Part shown: one piece after another, positions 1 to 8,662 of the stretch
How positions within the stretch are numbered: position 1 is the stretch's first letter
Layout: the number at the start of each line of letters is the position of its first letter
Virus record (IMG/VR): IMGVR_UViG_3300011338_000205
Span: 1 to 34,658 of that record
From: a virus
Lineage: Duplodnaviria; Caudoviricetes
DNA length: 34,658 nt
Strand: one strand, 5' to 3'
The notes under the pieces: model-generated
Database searches by the model: none
Seen by the model: only the letters and a program-made list of their open reading frames with translations
Told to the model about the DNA's origin: nothing
Program-made: the position numbers and the translations under genes

Positions 1-127
1 CGGAAAACGCCTGCCGGTATTTGTAGCGAAACTAGGGCCATATCTACTCTTCATCATCAAGGCTGAACGTAAACACCACCTCTATATCATCATTGTCTGC
101 ATTTTGCCACGCTTCCGCCATCAGGGC
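1..127. repeat. 127-bp terminal direct repeat (copy at 34532-34658); circular assembly overlap
   Basis: 1-127 matches 34532-34658. 127 is a common assembler k-mer. The ORF ending at 44 is followed 2 nt later by the tail-gene ATG at 41 (=34572). Confidence 0.95.
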
Positions 128-373
128 CGCGTAGGCGATTGCATCTTCAGAACTATCTTGATGCCACGTCTCCGACTGCTGCTGACGCGCAAGTTTCAAG
201 AGCAGCATAAACAGCCAGCCGTCCTGCTCGCTCAGGATGTTTCCGGTCAGCACATTGAAGGCCGCGACCGTTCGGGCCATGCTGCGCTCACCTTCTGGCG
301 TATCGTATTCCTGCCCGCGTTCGAGCATCAGATCGGCGGCACGTTCTAGAAACTCAATTGCTGAGATTGTCAT
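44..373 (-). CDS. DUF6378-like small alpha-helical phage protein (possible nucleotide-metabolism/MazG-like fold)
   Basis: Motifs ERGQEY, FMLLLKLAR and HQDSSEDAIAYAAL; ATGA overlap with the upstream phosphoesterase. Confidence 0.7.
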   Translation of the reverse strand: MTISAIEFLERAADLMLERGQEYDTPEGERSMARTVAAFNVLTGNILSEQDGWLFMLLLKLARQQQSETWHQDSSEDAIAYAALMAEAWQNADNDDIEVVFTFSLDDEE

Positions 374-1347
374 TCCTCATCCCCTCCGTCAAAAACGCAT
401 TCGCCCCTGAAATATGCTTTGTCGTTAATCACTTCGCACAACTCAGGCGGCAGCAGCAGGCCATCCTTGAAAGTTAGGACCGCAAATCCGGATGTGTGAG
501 GAGAAGGGTTGTTCTCGGCATAGTCAAACTGCGGACCATGCGGGTTTGAAAGCGTCCCTGTATCGACGCCATAGCGCCGTCCGTTGTAATCAGCCCAAGG
601 TGTCACGGCGAGCCGGTGAAGGTGTCCAGTGACGATTGAGCGGCCAGATTTGAGCGTATTGTTATAGGTGGCATGGATGCCGTTGTGATAGCGGTGCTTG
701 ACCATCAAGTTATTATTAACCATCGTGGACCATGTGAAGTTCCAGCGGTCAAACTTGTCTTCCAGTCGCTGCACCACGCCATCATATTCTGATGCGTTGA
801 CGCAAAGCGCCCGGTCAAAGCGCGCATCATGGTTGCCGACGTTCCAAATCTTGACACAGCCCTTGGGTAGCCGCTGCTCAATCTCATCCAGCCGATCTTG
901 GCAGGCTTCCAACTCTTCCTTGACGGTTGGCAACTCAGCCCAGCCCAGAGGCGCGTGACGGCTAACTCGTGCGCCATCAAACAAGTCGCCGTTTGCAAAT
1001 ATAGTGCGGGGCTTCAATTCCTCAATCAGCAGCAGCAAAGCCTCATTGGCCACCGTCCGCACCTGATCTGGCCACCAATGCGCGTCAGAGAACGCAATGA
1101 CGGTGCCTGTGTCGATGTTGAGGTCGATCTGTCGCTTATATGCGCGTCCAGCGTCGTCAGAGACCCACTTGGTCGGGCCTTGGGTTGGGACGCTCTTGAG
1201 GATAATGCCACGCTGCGCCAATCGCTCACGACGTGAATAAACGCCACGCTCTTTGATGCCGAGGATGGCGGCAACCTTTATAGGGCTGCCCTTGCCACGC
1301 TCCCACGCTGTTATAAACTCTTCGTCTGTGATTGTCTGAGCTACCAC
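370..1347 (-). CDS. Calcineurin-like metallophosphoesterase with N-terminal HTH-like segment
   Basis: Metallophos motifs SDAH, GDLFD, GNHD, H and GHLH in order. Confidence 0.85.
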   Translation of the reverse strand: MVAQTITDEEFITAWERGKGSPIKVAAILGIKERGVYSRRERLAQRGIILKSVPTQGPTKWVSDDAGRAYKRQIDLNIDTGTVIAFSDAHWWPDQVRTVANEALLLLIEELKPRTIFANGDLFDGARVSRHAPLGWAELPTVKEELEACQDRLDEIEQRLPKGCVKIWNVGNHDARFDRALCVNASEYDGVVQRLEDKFDRWNFTWSTMVNNNLMVKHRYHNGIHATYNNTLKSGRSIVTGHLHRLAVTPWADYNGRRYGVDTGTLSNPHGPQFDYAENNPSPHTSGFAVLTFKDGLLLPPELCEVINDKAYFRGECVFDGGDEE

Positions 1348-1360
1348 AATGTAATCTCCC

Positions 1361-1633
1361 TTACTTGGCTTCCAAAGCCTTCACCCATGCTTCGACTGTC
1401 AAACGGTGTTTGACACTGCAATCGGTATATCGAGCGATGATATCACTTTCCCAGACGGCGCGGTCAGGGTCAGTCAGCACTGCCGGTGGCGCTGGAAGCA
1501 GCGGGCAATTCGACGCTAGGTTTGCCGGTAGCTGCGGCATTGGCGTCACGGACACCGCCTTCGAGCAGCCCGCTAATGCCCACAGGAGGAGTACAATCAG
1601 CAGGAATTGCAGGAGCCGTTTTGTATATCTCAC
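1361..1633 (-). CDS. Rz1-like outer-membrane spanin lipoprotein
   Basis: GTG start; basic plus hydrophobic signal peptide with lipobox LAGC; Pro-rich body; overlaps Rz in another frame. Confidence 0.8.
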   Translation of the reverse strand: MRYTKRLLQFLLIVLLLWALAGCSKAVSVTPMPQLPANLASNCPLLPAPPAVLTDPDRAVWESDIIARYTDCSVKHRLTVEAWVKALEAK

Positions 1634-1865
1634 GAATAGTGTTGGTGCGTTCGGTTGCCACGACATTGGCTTGATCCCGTTCGACTTCGTAAACTTGCGA
1701 AACATCGTCTACCGCCTTTTGCATTTCGGCCCGTTGCTTTTCAGCCTTTTCCAGAGCCTTTGAATATGCCGCGTCACACTGCCAGTCGCGGACCTTGTAT
1801 CCGGCGGCTGCGCCAATAACAAGAGTGCCTGCCGCCACATAGACCATCAACGGATTAGGGATCAT
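1470..1865 (-). CDS. Rz-like inner-membrane spanin
   Basis: N-terminal TM segment then coiled coil; directly after endolysin (ATGA overlap). Confidence 0.8.
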   Translation of the reverse strand: MIPNPLMVYVAAGTLVIGAAAGYKVRDWQCDAAYSKALEKAEKQRAEMQKAVDDVSQVYEVERDQANVVATERTNTIREIYKTAPAIPADCTPPVGISGLLEGGVRDANAAATGKPSVELPAASSATGSAD

Positions 1866-2473
1866 GCCCAAGTCCGATACTTCTTTGTCTTCAGTTTGCG
1901 GTCATCAAGGCCATGCGTTCCACCATTGATGCGCTTCGTCAGCGCAAGGATGGCTGCGTCGTTGACGCCCTTGTCGCAGATCGACCACAGCTTGTTGCGG
2001 TCGAAGAACCACAGCGCGCTCTCAAAAGCCAACTCAGTGGCGACCAGATCGGGATTGTCCATGATGTCAGGGCGGCGAACATAATTGGCGAAAGCCTGAT
2101 AGTTGTCATGCCCGGTCAGTTGGAGCGCGCCGCGTCCGCGATACTTCCATCCGTCTCCTGATCCTTCAGGTCCGTTGCCCATGCGATTTGCATAGACACG
2201 ATTGGCAATCTTCTGCGGCTGGCGTTCGTAGAGCCGAGCTTCGAGGTCAGTCTTGAAATACTTACCAAAGATGCCGCGAAGCCCTTTGGCGCTGTAGTTG
2301 AGGTTTTCCGAGAACGTCTTAAAGTTCCCGCTTTCATGCGCCGTTTGAGCAAAAAAATGTGCAGCGCGATTAGGTGATAGCTTATAGTAAGCCGCAGCGC
2401 GCTTGAAAGTTCCCGGACCAAACGCACCATCTGCCGTTGCTCCAATCTTCTTTTGCAGGTTAATCAGGCTCAT
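1862..2473 (-). CDS. Endolysin, glycoside hydrolase family 19, with short N-terminal peptidoglycan-binding-like segment
   Basis: AHFFAQTAHES, ENLNYS, DGWKYRGRGALQLTG, INGG; N-terminal LQKKIGATADGAFGPGT. Confidence 0.92.
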   Translation of the reverse strand: MSLINLQKKIGATADGAFGPGTFKRAAAYYKLSPNRAAHFFAQTAHESGNFKTFSENLNYSAKGLRGIFGKYFKTDLEARLYERQPQKIANRVYANRMGNGPEGSGDGWKYRGRGALQLTGHDNYQAFANYVRRPDIMDNPDLVATELAFESALWFFDRNKLWSICDKGVNDAAILALTKRINGGTHGLDDRKLKTKKYRTWA

Positions 2474-2634
2474 TTGTCCTGTCCCTTGTTCCAAAGCTCA
2501 AAGAGCGTCTTGATCTTCTCTTCGACCACAGCGAGGCGGACATCCATCTTGGCGAGGATGATGACCAGCGTAATGAAGGCGAGAACGAGCGGCCAGAGTT
2601 GACCGATAAGTTCAACGGTGGAGAGATCACCCAT
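2470..2634 (-). CDS. 54-aa single-TM holin-like protein (not in ORF track)
   Basis: MGDLSTVELIGQLWPLVLAFITLVIILAKMDVRLAVVEEKIKTLFELWNKGQDK; fills the gap exactly; ATGA overlap with endolysin. Confidence 0.75.
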   Translation of the reverse strand: MGDLSTVELIGQLWPLVLAFITLVIILAKMDVRLAVVEEKIKTLFELWNKGQDK

Positions 2635-2636
2635 CG

Positions 2637-3146
2637 TTATGCTGCCGGGTTACGCCAGTCGGGAAAGTCGTCTTCATCTACCACGCCGTCGCCGTTTGCG
2701 TCATAACGCAGGTCATTCCGATACTTCTCCCAAGGGGCCATGTCATCGTCGTCTAAATCTTCAGCTTCGACAACAGGTTCCTCCACGACTGCGGCAGGCG
2801 CGACAACAGCAACTTCAAGTTCTGGGGCGTTAAGTGAGGGTAGATCGCCGCCCACAATTGGATCAGTCGGTTCATTAGGCTCTTCCTTATCGCGGGCATT
2901 GGCATTGAGGCTAAGACCACCCAGCAGACCTACAAACGCACCAACGATGGTCTGGAACGCTGGGTTGATTGTCTCAAGGATGGCCGTGCTGTCTACCAGT
3001 TCGTTCGGCACGAACAGCGCCACAGCCAAAGCCGCCACCACCACAAGGATGACAGCGGACAGAGTGACGATGGCTACGCGGATAACAAACTCAACGGTAT
3101 CGTTTACACCGTCTGCCTTGCTTTCAAAGTCGTCTAGGAAGCTCAT
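2637..3146 (-). CDS. Two-TM membrane protein with acidic tail and EF-hand/dockerin-like loop
   Basis: Two hydrophobic segments; C-terminal DANGDGVVDEDD. Confidence 0.7.
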   Translation of the reverse strand: MSFLDDFESKADGVNDTVEFVIRVAIVTLSAVILVVVAALAVALFVPNELVDSTAILETINPAFQTIVGAFVGLLGGLSLNANARDKEEPNEPTDPIVGGDLPSLNAPELEVAVVAPAAVVEEPVVEAEDLDDDDMAPWEKYRNDLRYDANGDGVVDEDDFPDWRNPAA

Positions 3147-3361
3147 CGGTCAGCCTTGTTGTCCAGTTTGTCCTCAATCCGGCGGAGGTGGATCATCACC
3201 TCATCGAACTTCTTGTCGATAGCGCCAAATCTTTCGTCACCAAAATCTAGCTTGGTTTCAAGAATTGCCAGACGGTTGCTCAACTTCGTCCAAACGCCAA
3301 TGATGGCAAAGACGCCAGCAATCAGGGTGAGAAGGGTGTCGATGCCGAATGACATATCCAT
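3143..3361 (-). CDS. Single-TM plus coiled-coil holin-like protein
   Basis: TM TLLTLIAGVFAIIGVW then heptads ending IEDKLDNKADR; first gene of the lysis cassette. Confidence 0.65.
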   Translation of the reverse strand: MDMSFGIDTLLTLIAGVFAIIGVWTKLSNRLAILETKLDFGDERFGAIDKKFDEVMIHLRRIEDKLDNKADR

Positions 3362-3363
3362 TG

Positions 3364-3813
3364 CTATGCAGCCCATTCTTCAGCGGGAGCGTCAGGCCAA
3401 GTCGGATTAAGCATATCAGCATCACGTAGTGCTTGGCGGTATGCCTGAAACGCAGTCAAGCAAGCCACTGTAATAGGAACATCTAGAAGCTGCGTCCAAT
3501 CGCAGTCGGCCAGCTTCTTGTTGCGGACAGACTTGTTGGCAGCAATCGTGGACGCATCCTTAGCTGCCAGTTCGTCAGCGGAGAGGCTTTCTACGGTCAC
3601 AGCGTAGACAGCGCCGCCTTCGAGATGGGCTTCGCAGGAAACCAACTTCTGTGTGGCTGCGTCATGCGCCTTGAAATAGGTCACAGGAACAAGGTTGTTC
3701 TCAGCCATCCATTCAGCAGAAGGCCCAGAGGCAGGGAATGAAACGTGAGAGAACAGGACGGAGAGTTCACCCGTCTGTTCAATGGTTCCGTTGTTTACGA
3801 TAGCGACAATCAT
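3364..3813 (-). CDS. Tail fibre assembly chaperone
   Basis: C-terminal RNKKLADCDWTQLLD...YRQALRD...WPDAP; follows the fibre genes. Confidence 0.85.
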   Translation of the reverse strand: MIVAIVNNGTIEQTGELSVLFSHVSFPASGPSAEWMAENNLVPVTYFKAHDAATQKLVSCEAHLEGGAVYAVTVESLSADELAAKDASTIAANKSVRNKKLADCDWTQLLDVPITVACLTAFQAYRQALRDADMLNPTWPDAPAEEWAA

Positions 3814-3825
3814 TTTTGCCTCCGA

Positions 3826-5175
3826 TTACTTATTTGGGAATGCCGCAGTGGGCGGTGTGAAGTTTGCGGTGTAACGGGCCACGCCCTTGGTGATGCGATA
3901 GTCGTCAAGATAACCCTGAAGCGCATACGTCCCGCCAGCAATTACACCAATCAAAGCAGGTGATGTATTATCATTTGATGTGTCTGCGCCAGAAACAGTT
4001 TGAGCCGTTTGGCTTACGCCATTGATAAATACATTAAGCGTCGATCCCACCCTAGTCAGAGCGATGTGATACCATGTGTTGTTGGATAAAGAGACGGACC
4101 AAGTTGAGTATCTTGCGCTATCTAATTGCCCAAAATACAAAGTTGAGGCGCTTGTCTGGAAAAACCAACCATTTGAACCGCTGCTTCCCTTATGGAAAAG
4201 CATTGGGATGCTCGCTAGATTTTGAGCATACATCCACATTTCAATGGTGAAGTTGCCTGTGCCAAATGATAATTCAGACGTTGAAGGCAATTGCAGCCAA
4301 TCGCCTGTCCCATCAAACGCCATCGACCCCGTGCCAAACTTCTTAACGCTCGTGCTGATCTGCGCGTTGCCGACAGTCTCAAGGTCGTTCTTCATTGAGT
4401 TGTCGAAGATGGCGGCGTTGGTAGCGTTTAGGAGGAGCGATGTGTTGGTGATGGCTGTTACCGGTGCCGTGGGTGGCGTGAAGGCTGCGGTATAGACAGC
4501 CGTTCCTTTGACCACGCGGATGTTGGACATGTAGCCATTTAGGTAAAGCGTATTGTCCCCACGGCGTCCGATTTGCAGCGCCTGAGCAAGGTTAGTAATT
4601 GAGCCGGATGCGGCTGATGTAGAGGCCACAAGAGCCCCGTTTATAAAACCGTAAGAGTTCGCCCCACTGCGGGTCCACGCGATATGATACCAAGTACCAG
4701 CGGTTGGCGTGAACGCATATGTCATCCCAATGTTCGCAGACTGCGCTTGGAAATACATCGTGTTGTTATAAAGGATTACCTCGTAACCCGTGTTCGATGT
4801 GTCAAATTTTGAAACAAGCGCTGCCCCTTGTGCTGCGCCGGGAACAACGGAGAAATTAACCCAAAACTCAATTGTAAAATTTGAAGAGCCAAGCTGAAGC
4901 GCAGCGTTATCTGGCGCGGTCAGGTAATCCCCACTGCCATCAAAATACGCAGAGCCGCCATTCGTCGTCGTGCTATATGGAGCAGTATTAAATTTCGAAA
5001 ACGAACCTTGCGTTGTGTTACCATTGCGGGTGATAGTAAAATTGTTGACGCTGCTATCGATAAATGTGTTGTTCTGTGCGCCGTTGCTTCCATCTCCGTG
5101 GAGCAGCAGCGAGACATTTGCAAAGTAAGGGTCTGTCGGCTCTGCGGAAGAACCAATCAAAATGCGATCAAGCAT
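3826..5175 (-). CDS. Tandem LamG/concanavalin A-like lectin tail/receptor-binding protein
   Basis: Two FDG.GD...NFTIE.W...WYHIA.TR...YTA.FTPPTA units; N-terminal DPYFANVSLLLHGDG. Confidence 0.88.
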   Translation of the reverse strand: MLDRILIGSSAEPTDPYFANVSLLLHGDGSNGAQNNTFIDSSVNNFTITRNGNTTQGSFSKFNTAPYSTTTNGGSAYFDGSGDYLTAPDNAALQLGSSNFTIEFWVNFSVVPGAAQGAALVSKFDTSNTGYEVILYNNTMYFQAQSANIGMTYAFTPTAGTWYHIAWTRSGANSYGFINGALVASTSAASGSITNLAQALQIGRRGDNTLYLNGYMSNIRVVKGTAVYTAAFTPPTAPVTAITNTSLLLNATNAAIFDNSMKNDLETVGNAQISTSVKKFGTGSMAFDGTGDWLQLPSTSELSFGTGNFTIEMWMYAQNLASIPMLFHKGSSGSNGWFFQTSASTLYFGQLDSARYSTWSVSLSNNTWYHIALTRVGSTLNVFINGVSQTAQTVSGADTSNDNTSPALIGVIAGGTYALQGYLDDYRITKGVARYTANFTPPTAAFPNK

Positions 5176-5840
5176 TATTTGCTATCCACCATCAAGGCGA
5201 CACCGCGCCAAACTGTGCCGCCATCATCAGTGATGAAGCCGAGAATATCAACACCAGATGTTGTGAGTGTCGGAGCAATACCACCCGGCCATTTAACAGC
5301 AGCAGGCCAAGTCTGTGCGCCAGTTCCGCCATTGGTCAACTCAAGGATAAGCGAAAATGCACGAGATGATGGGACATTCGTAAACGTCCAAGTCAATGCA
5401 CCAGTTGCAGTCTTGGTGAAGAAGTTGCCAGCCGAGCAATCAATGGCAGATGCAGACACCGCTGTGATGTTTGAGCGAACAGAACCAAGAAGGTCTGTTG
5501 TCGCTGTCGTCACAGTGCCGGTAAAGGTCGGCGATGCCGTGTTGGCCTTGGCATTGATCTGCGTCTGAACGGCAGAGGTTACGCCATCAAGATAGCCGAG
5601 TTCCGTTGGGCTGAGTGTAGCGCCATTTGCTGTCATCGTGCCAGTCAAGGCAAGCGTCCCGGCTACAGCAAGCGTCTTGCCTGCGCCGACGTTCACGCCA
5701 ACGCTTGTGCCTGTCCCTGCGGCATTGAAAAGCGCATCAACAAGGTCAAGGTCAGTGTTGAGCTTAGTTCCCCAAGTGTCGGCGGAAGCGCCAACTTCTG
5801 GCTTGGTCAAACCAAGGTTAGTGGTCGTTGTATCAGCCAT
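5175..5840 (-). CDS. Tail fibre protein
   Basis: N-terminal MADTTTTNLGLTKPEVGASADTWG, ELGYLDGVTS, C-terminal TWPAAVKWPGG..PTLT..GVD. Confidence 0.8.
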   Translation of the reverse strand: MADTTTTNLGLTKPEVGASADTWGTKLNTDLDLVDALFNAAGTGTSVGVNVGAGKTLAVAGTLALTGTMTANGATLSPTELGYLDGVTSAVQTQINAKANTASPTFTGTVTTATTDLLGSVRSNITAVSASAIDCSAGNFFTKTATGALTWTFTNVPSSRAFSLILELTNGGTGAQTWPAAVKWPGGIAPTLTTSGVDILGFITDDGGTVWRGVALMVDSK

Positions 5841-5848
5841 TTTTTACC

Positions 5849-6724
5849 TCATGCGGCTTCCTGCCAAGTCTCTGCTGTATCAGAAATTGGCGTCCATGTC
5901 TTGTCTGTATTTTCAACAGCAGTCCAGCCCTCCGAGGTCACAACAATCGGTGTCCAAGTTGCGCTTGTATCTGATTGCGGTGTCCATGTTTCCGGCTCTA
6001 CCGGCTGCGGCTCCCACTTCTTAACGGCGTTGCACGTCACCGTTGAAGTGCTGTTAATGACTGCACTGCCGACATACAGAATGCCACCAGCAACCGTCAT
6101 ATTCGACGTTGCATCAATGACAGCGCCAGCGGAGTTAACCATCACCCCAGAGGCTGTCAGATCGGTTGCAGCCGCAATCTCAATGGTCGTCTGGGCATAA
6201 CGCACTGCAACAGCCGTAACGGCGCTGAGAGCGTTTATTTCGGACGCTGCAAATACGATACGATTAGCGTTAGCCGTGAGCGCCGTTGTGGCGTTAATCT
6301 CTGCCGCTGCAAATGTGGTGCGTGTCGCAGTCGCTGTTAGGTCGCTGGTGGCGTCAATTGCCGCAGCGCCGGGGATGGTCTTCTGGCCGGTAGCTGTTAC
6401 GTCAGATATCGCATTAATCGCAACCGCGCCAACCAGCACACGGACAGCAGATGCAGTTACATCGCTCGTTGCGGCAATCGCAGAAGCGCCGTTAGCGTAA
6501 CGAACAGCAGAGGCGGTTACGTCACTGGTGGCCGCAATCGCTACGGAGCCGTCAACAATTCTATCGGCTGATGCAGTTACGTCAGAGGACGCAGTGATTA
6601 ACGCTGCGCCCTCGATTGCATCTTCGCCAAAACTTCCACGACCATAGAGGCCACTACCGTAGCCGGACGGAGCGCCAGCGGGGTAAGTCCCCAGCCCGTA
6701 ATTGCCGCTACCGTAGAAACTCAT
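5849..6724 (-). CDS. Repeat-rich virion/fibre protein (YG repeats, ten 20-aa repeats, 10-aa Trp repeats)
   Basis: Periodicity visible in translation; lies among the structural genes. Confidence 0.75.
   Translation of the reverse strand: MSFYGSGNYGLGTYPAGAPSGYGSGLYGRGSFGEDAIEGAALITASSDVTASADRIVDGSVAIAATSDVTASAVRYANGASAIAATSDVTASAVRVLVGAVAINAISDVTATGQKTIPGAAAIDATSDLTATATRTTFAAAEINATTALTANANRIVFAASEINALSAVTAVAVRYAQTTIEIAAATDLTASGVMVNSAGAVIDATSNMTVAGGILYVGSAVINSTSTVTCNAVKKWEPQPVEPETWTPQSDTSATWTPIVVTSEGWTAVENTDKTWTPISDTAETWQEAA
6011..6610 (-). repeat. Ten degenerate 60-bp (20-aa) coding repeats
   Basis: GAALITASSDVTASADRIVD / GSVAIAATSDVTASAVRYAN / GASAIAATSDVTASAVRVLV ... GSAVINSTSTVTCNAVKKWE, ungapped. 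Confidence 0.9.
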
Positions 6725-6727
6725 CTA

Positions 6728-7108
6728 TTAGTCCAGTGTGATGTCGAGGTCGCCTGCTGGAATACGGAACACATCGCCGCTAGAAATGGTCTTCGATGTG
6801 GTCAATGCACCAGAGGCCAGCAAGTTGCCGCCAGTGGAAGCGTCGCGGACGCCAACATAGGTCACAGTGCCCCACGAAGCGGATGCCGTCGGAAACTCAA
6901 TGGCCGCCGTGTTGGCAGCAGCGCCGCCTGTGATGGTGAAAGCAGCCGTCTGACGCGCATAAGAGCCGCCAGAAACTTCCGTGCCAGTGTCGCCTTCGCC
7001 CGGATCAGACGTATATAGGCCAACATACAGCGTTGCTGGTGCCGTGTAGGATGTGCCGCCGAAAACGTGCAACATCACCTTGTTTTCAAGATAATTGGAG
7101 AAAGACAT
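6728..7108 (-). CDS. Small virion structural (fibre/tail) protein
   Basis: MSFSNYLENK...YVGLYTSDP...EVSGGSYARQ...FPTASASWGTVT, a familiar phage structural family; GGAG RBS. Confidence 0.8.
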   Translation of the reverse strand: MSFSNYLENKVMLHVFGGTSYTAPATLYVGLYTSDPGEGDTGTEVSGGSYARQTAAFTITGGAAANTAAIEFPTASASWGTVTYVGVRDASTGGNLLASGALTTSKTISSGDVFRIPAGDLDITLD

Positions 7109-7118
7109 CTGTAGCTCC

Positions 7119-7739
7119 TTAGCCGAAAGAACGAATACGCGGTTTGAGTTTGCTGCTGCCAATTCTAGCACGTTCGTCAGCAAGTTTCATGTCATTAACA
7201 AGCGTCTGATAAAGGCCAGCCCAAACACCAGTGCGCTCATCTTCCTTCAGATATGGAGCGGACTGCGTAAGAGCGGCATACAGATAGATGTCTGGAGCCT
7301 CTGTCAGCAGCCAATTCGTCGGGGCGGCATCGCTCAACGCAGGGATTTTAGCGTAATACAGCAACTCGCCAGTGTATTCACCATCAGGCGCGGGGAGCAC
7401 CTGAAACTGCTGGCCGACCATCGTGTAAAACATGGGCTGACCAGAGGTGATGTACACTTGGCTGTCTTCGATAAGCTGCTCAGGCGTCACATAAACCAAC
7501 GGCGTGATCGGGTTGGTGTTTAACTGGAAGCGGATGTTTTCCATCCAATCGGACGGAACAGCGAAATACGGCGTATCTAGAGTTGCATCAGCCCGCGTCA
7601 CCATCTTGCGATGACGGATTTGCCGGTTCATCTGCGCCTCTGCGAGAGCGATGAAGTTGGGAATAGCCGTCGTCAGGTCTGATCGGTTCAACCAGTCACC
7701 AACTGCGGTCTTCAACTCTGAATACGTCGTAATTGCCAT
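7119..7739 (-). CDS. Head-tail adaptor protein
   Basis: TYSELKTAVGDWLNRSDLT..IPNFIALAE, TNWLL...PDIYLY; downstream of the capsid gene. Confidence 0.8.
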   Translation of the reverse strand: MAITTYSELKTAVGDWLNRSDLTTAIPNFIALAEAQMNRQIRHRKMVTRADATLDTPYFAVPSDWMENIRFQLNTNPITPLVYVTPEQLIEDSQVYITSGQPMFYTMVGQQFQVLPAPDGEYTGELLYYAKIPALSDAAPTNWLLTEAPDIYLYAALTQSAPYLKEDERTGVWAGLYQTLVNDMKLADERARIGSSKLKPRIRSFG

Positions 7740-8047
7740 TAGATAGTCCCCGGCCTTGTGCGGAATGCTCGATTGTCAGGGTCATTCAGCCATTTTGCCA
7801 TTGCCTTCTGGTCGCCCAAAATGCCTTGGCGTTCGAGTTCGTAATACACTGAAAGCGGGATGCTGCCAACCTTGGTCCACTCTCCCCAGCGTTCCGGTGC
7901 GGCGTTAAATTCAGCCTTGTTGGCTTCTATGATGCCGGAGACATCCTGCGTCTTCTGGATGATTGCCTCATCCTTGTCAGCATCATAAACAAATTTTGTG
8001 ACGATGCCTGTCGTTGCGCTATCGTCAGAAATAATATTGTCAGTCAT
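7739..8047 (-). CDS. Conserved small phage protein following the major capsid gene
   Basis: QDVSGIIEANK...GSIP...WLNDPDNRAFRT; coupled to both neighbours. Confidence 0.75.
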   Translation of the reverse strand: MTDNIISDDSATTGIVTKFVYDADKDEAIIQKTQDVSGIIEANKAEFNAAPERWGEWTKVGSIPLSVYYELERQGILGDQKAMAKWLNDPDNRAFRTRPGTI

Positions 8048-8621
8048 TAACGTGGCTCCATGTCCTGCCTGTCTTAACACCTCGAATGCAATTCGGGCTT
8101 AAGTTCAACTCCCTCGCCAACTCGGCATGGGGCCGATTATTATTCTGCCTTATATACCTAACAAGGCTATCATTCAACTTAGCCTTTCCATTGCCCGTTC
8201 CCTTTGGCGCAACGGTGCGTTTGCGCCCTTTCGCAATCATGTCGGAAGTATTTTCTTTATACGTTCCGGCGGACAGGTGATCTGGGTTTACGCAAGACGG
8301 GTTATCGCAAGAGTGCATCACAACTAGGCCATCAGGTATCTGGCCCTTGTGAATTTGATATGACAGCCTGTGCGCGGAAATAGTTCGGCTTCCCTTCCCG
8401 CTCTCTTGGATTTGTCCATATCCATTGGGCCTGACTGGCCCGATCCATTTCCAGCAATCGTCCGTAACAACAATTTTACGAAAAAACCGCTCCTCCAGAG
8501 TTCCCCTCGGCCTACTACGTGAGAACGTGGGGTCAGCCCGACGCGCCTCCATGTAGTGAGCGCCGCAAAAACCACGAGCCACAAACGGCTTTGTGCAACC
8601 TTCGATAGAACATTTGCGCAT
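8040..8621 (-). CDS. Free-standing HNH homing endonuclease (N-terminal Zn finger, C-terminal HTH)
   Basis: CSIEGC...GFCGAHY; CWKW.G...GYG; AHRLSY...VMHSCDNPSCVNPDHL; AKLN...ELARE. Confidence 0.9.
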   Translation of the reverse strand: MRKCSIEGCTKPFVARGFCGAHYMEARRADPTFSRSRPRGTLEERFFRKIVVTDDCWKWIGPVRPNGYGQIQESGKGSRTISAHRLSYQIHKGQIPDGLVVMHSCDNPSCVNPDHLSAGTYKENTSDMIAKGRKRTVAPKGTGNGKAKLNDSLVRYIRQNNNRPHAELARELNLSPNCIRGVKTGRTWSHVND

Positions 8622-8662
8622 AAAAAACTCCCGGTGCAGGAGTTACTTCCATACACCGGGAG
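8622..8662 (-). terminator. Intrinsic terminator-like hairpin after the capsid gene, covering the HNH RBS
   Basis: CTCCCGGTG...CACCGGGAG then TTTTTT immediately before the HNH ATG. Confidence 0.7.

Noticed and set aside
3826-5175. Diversity-generating retroelement target
   Set aside because: No reverse transcriptase, and no near-identical template/variable repeat pair differing at adenines
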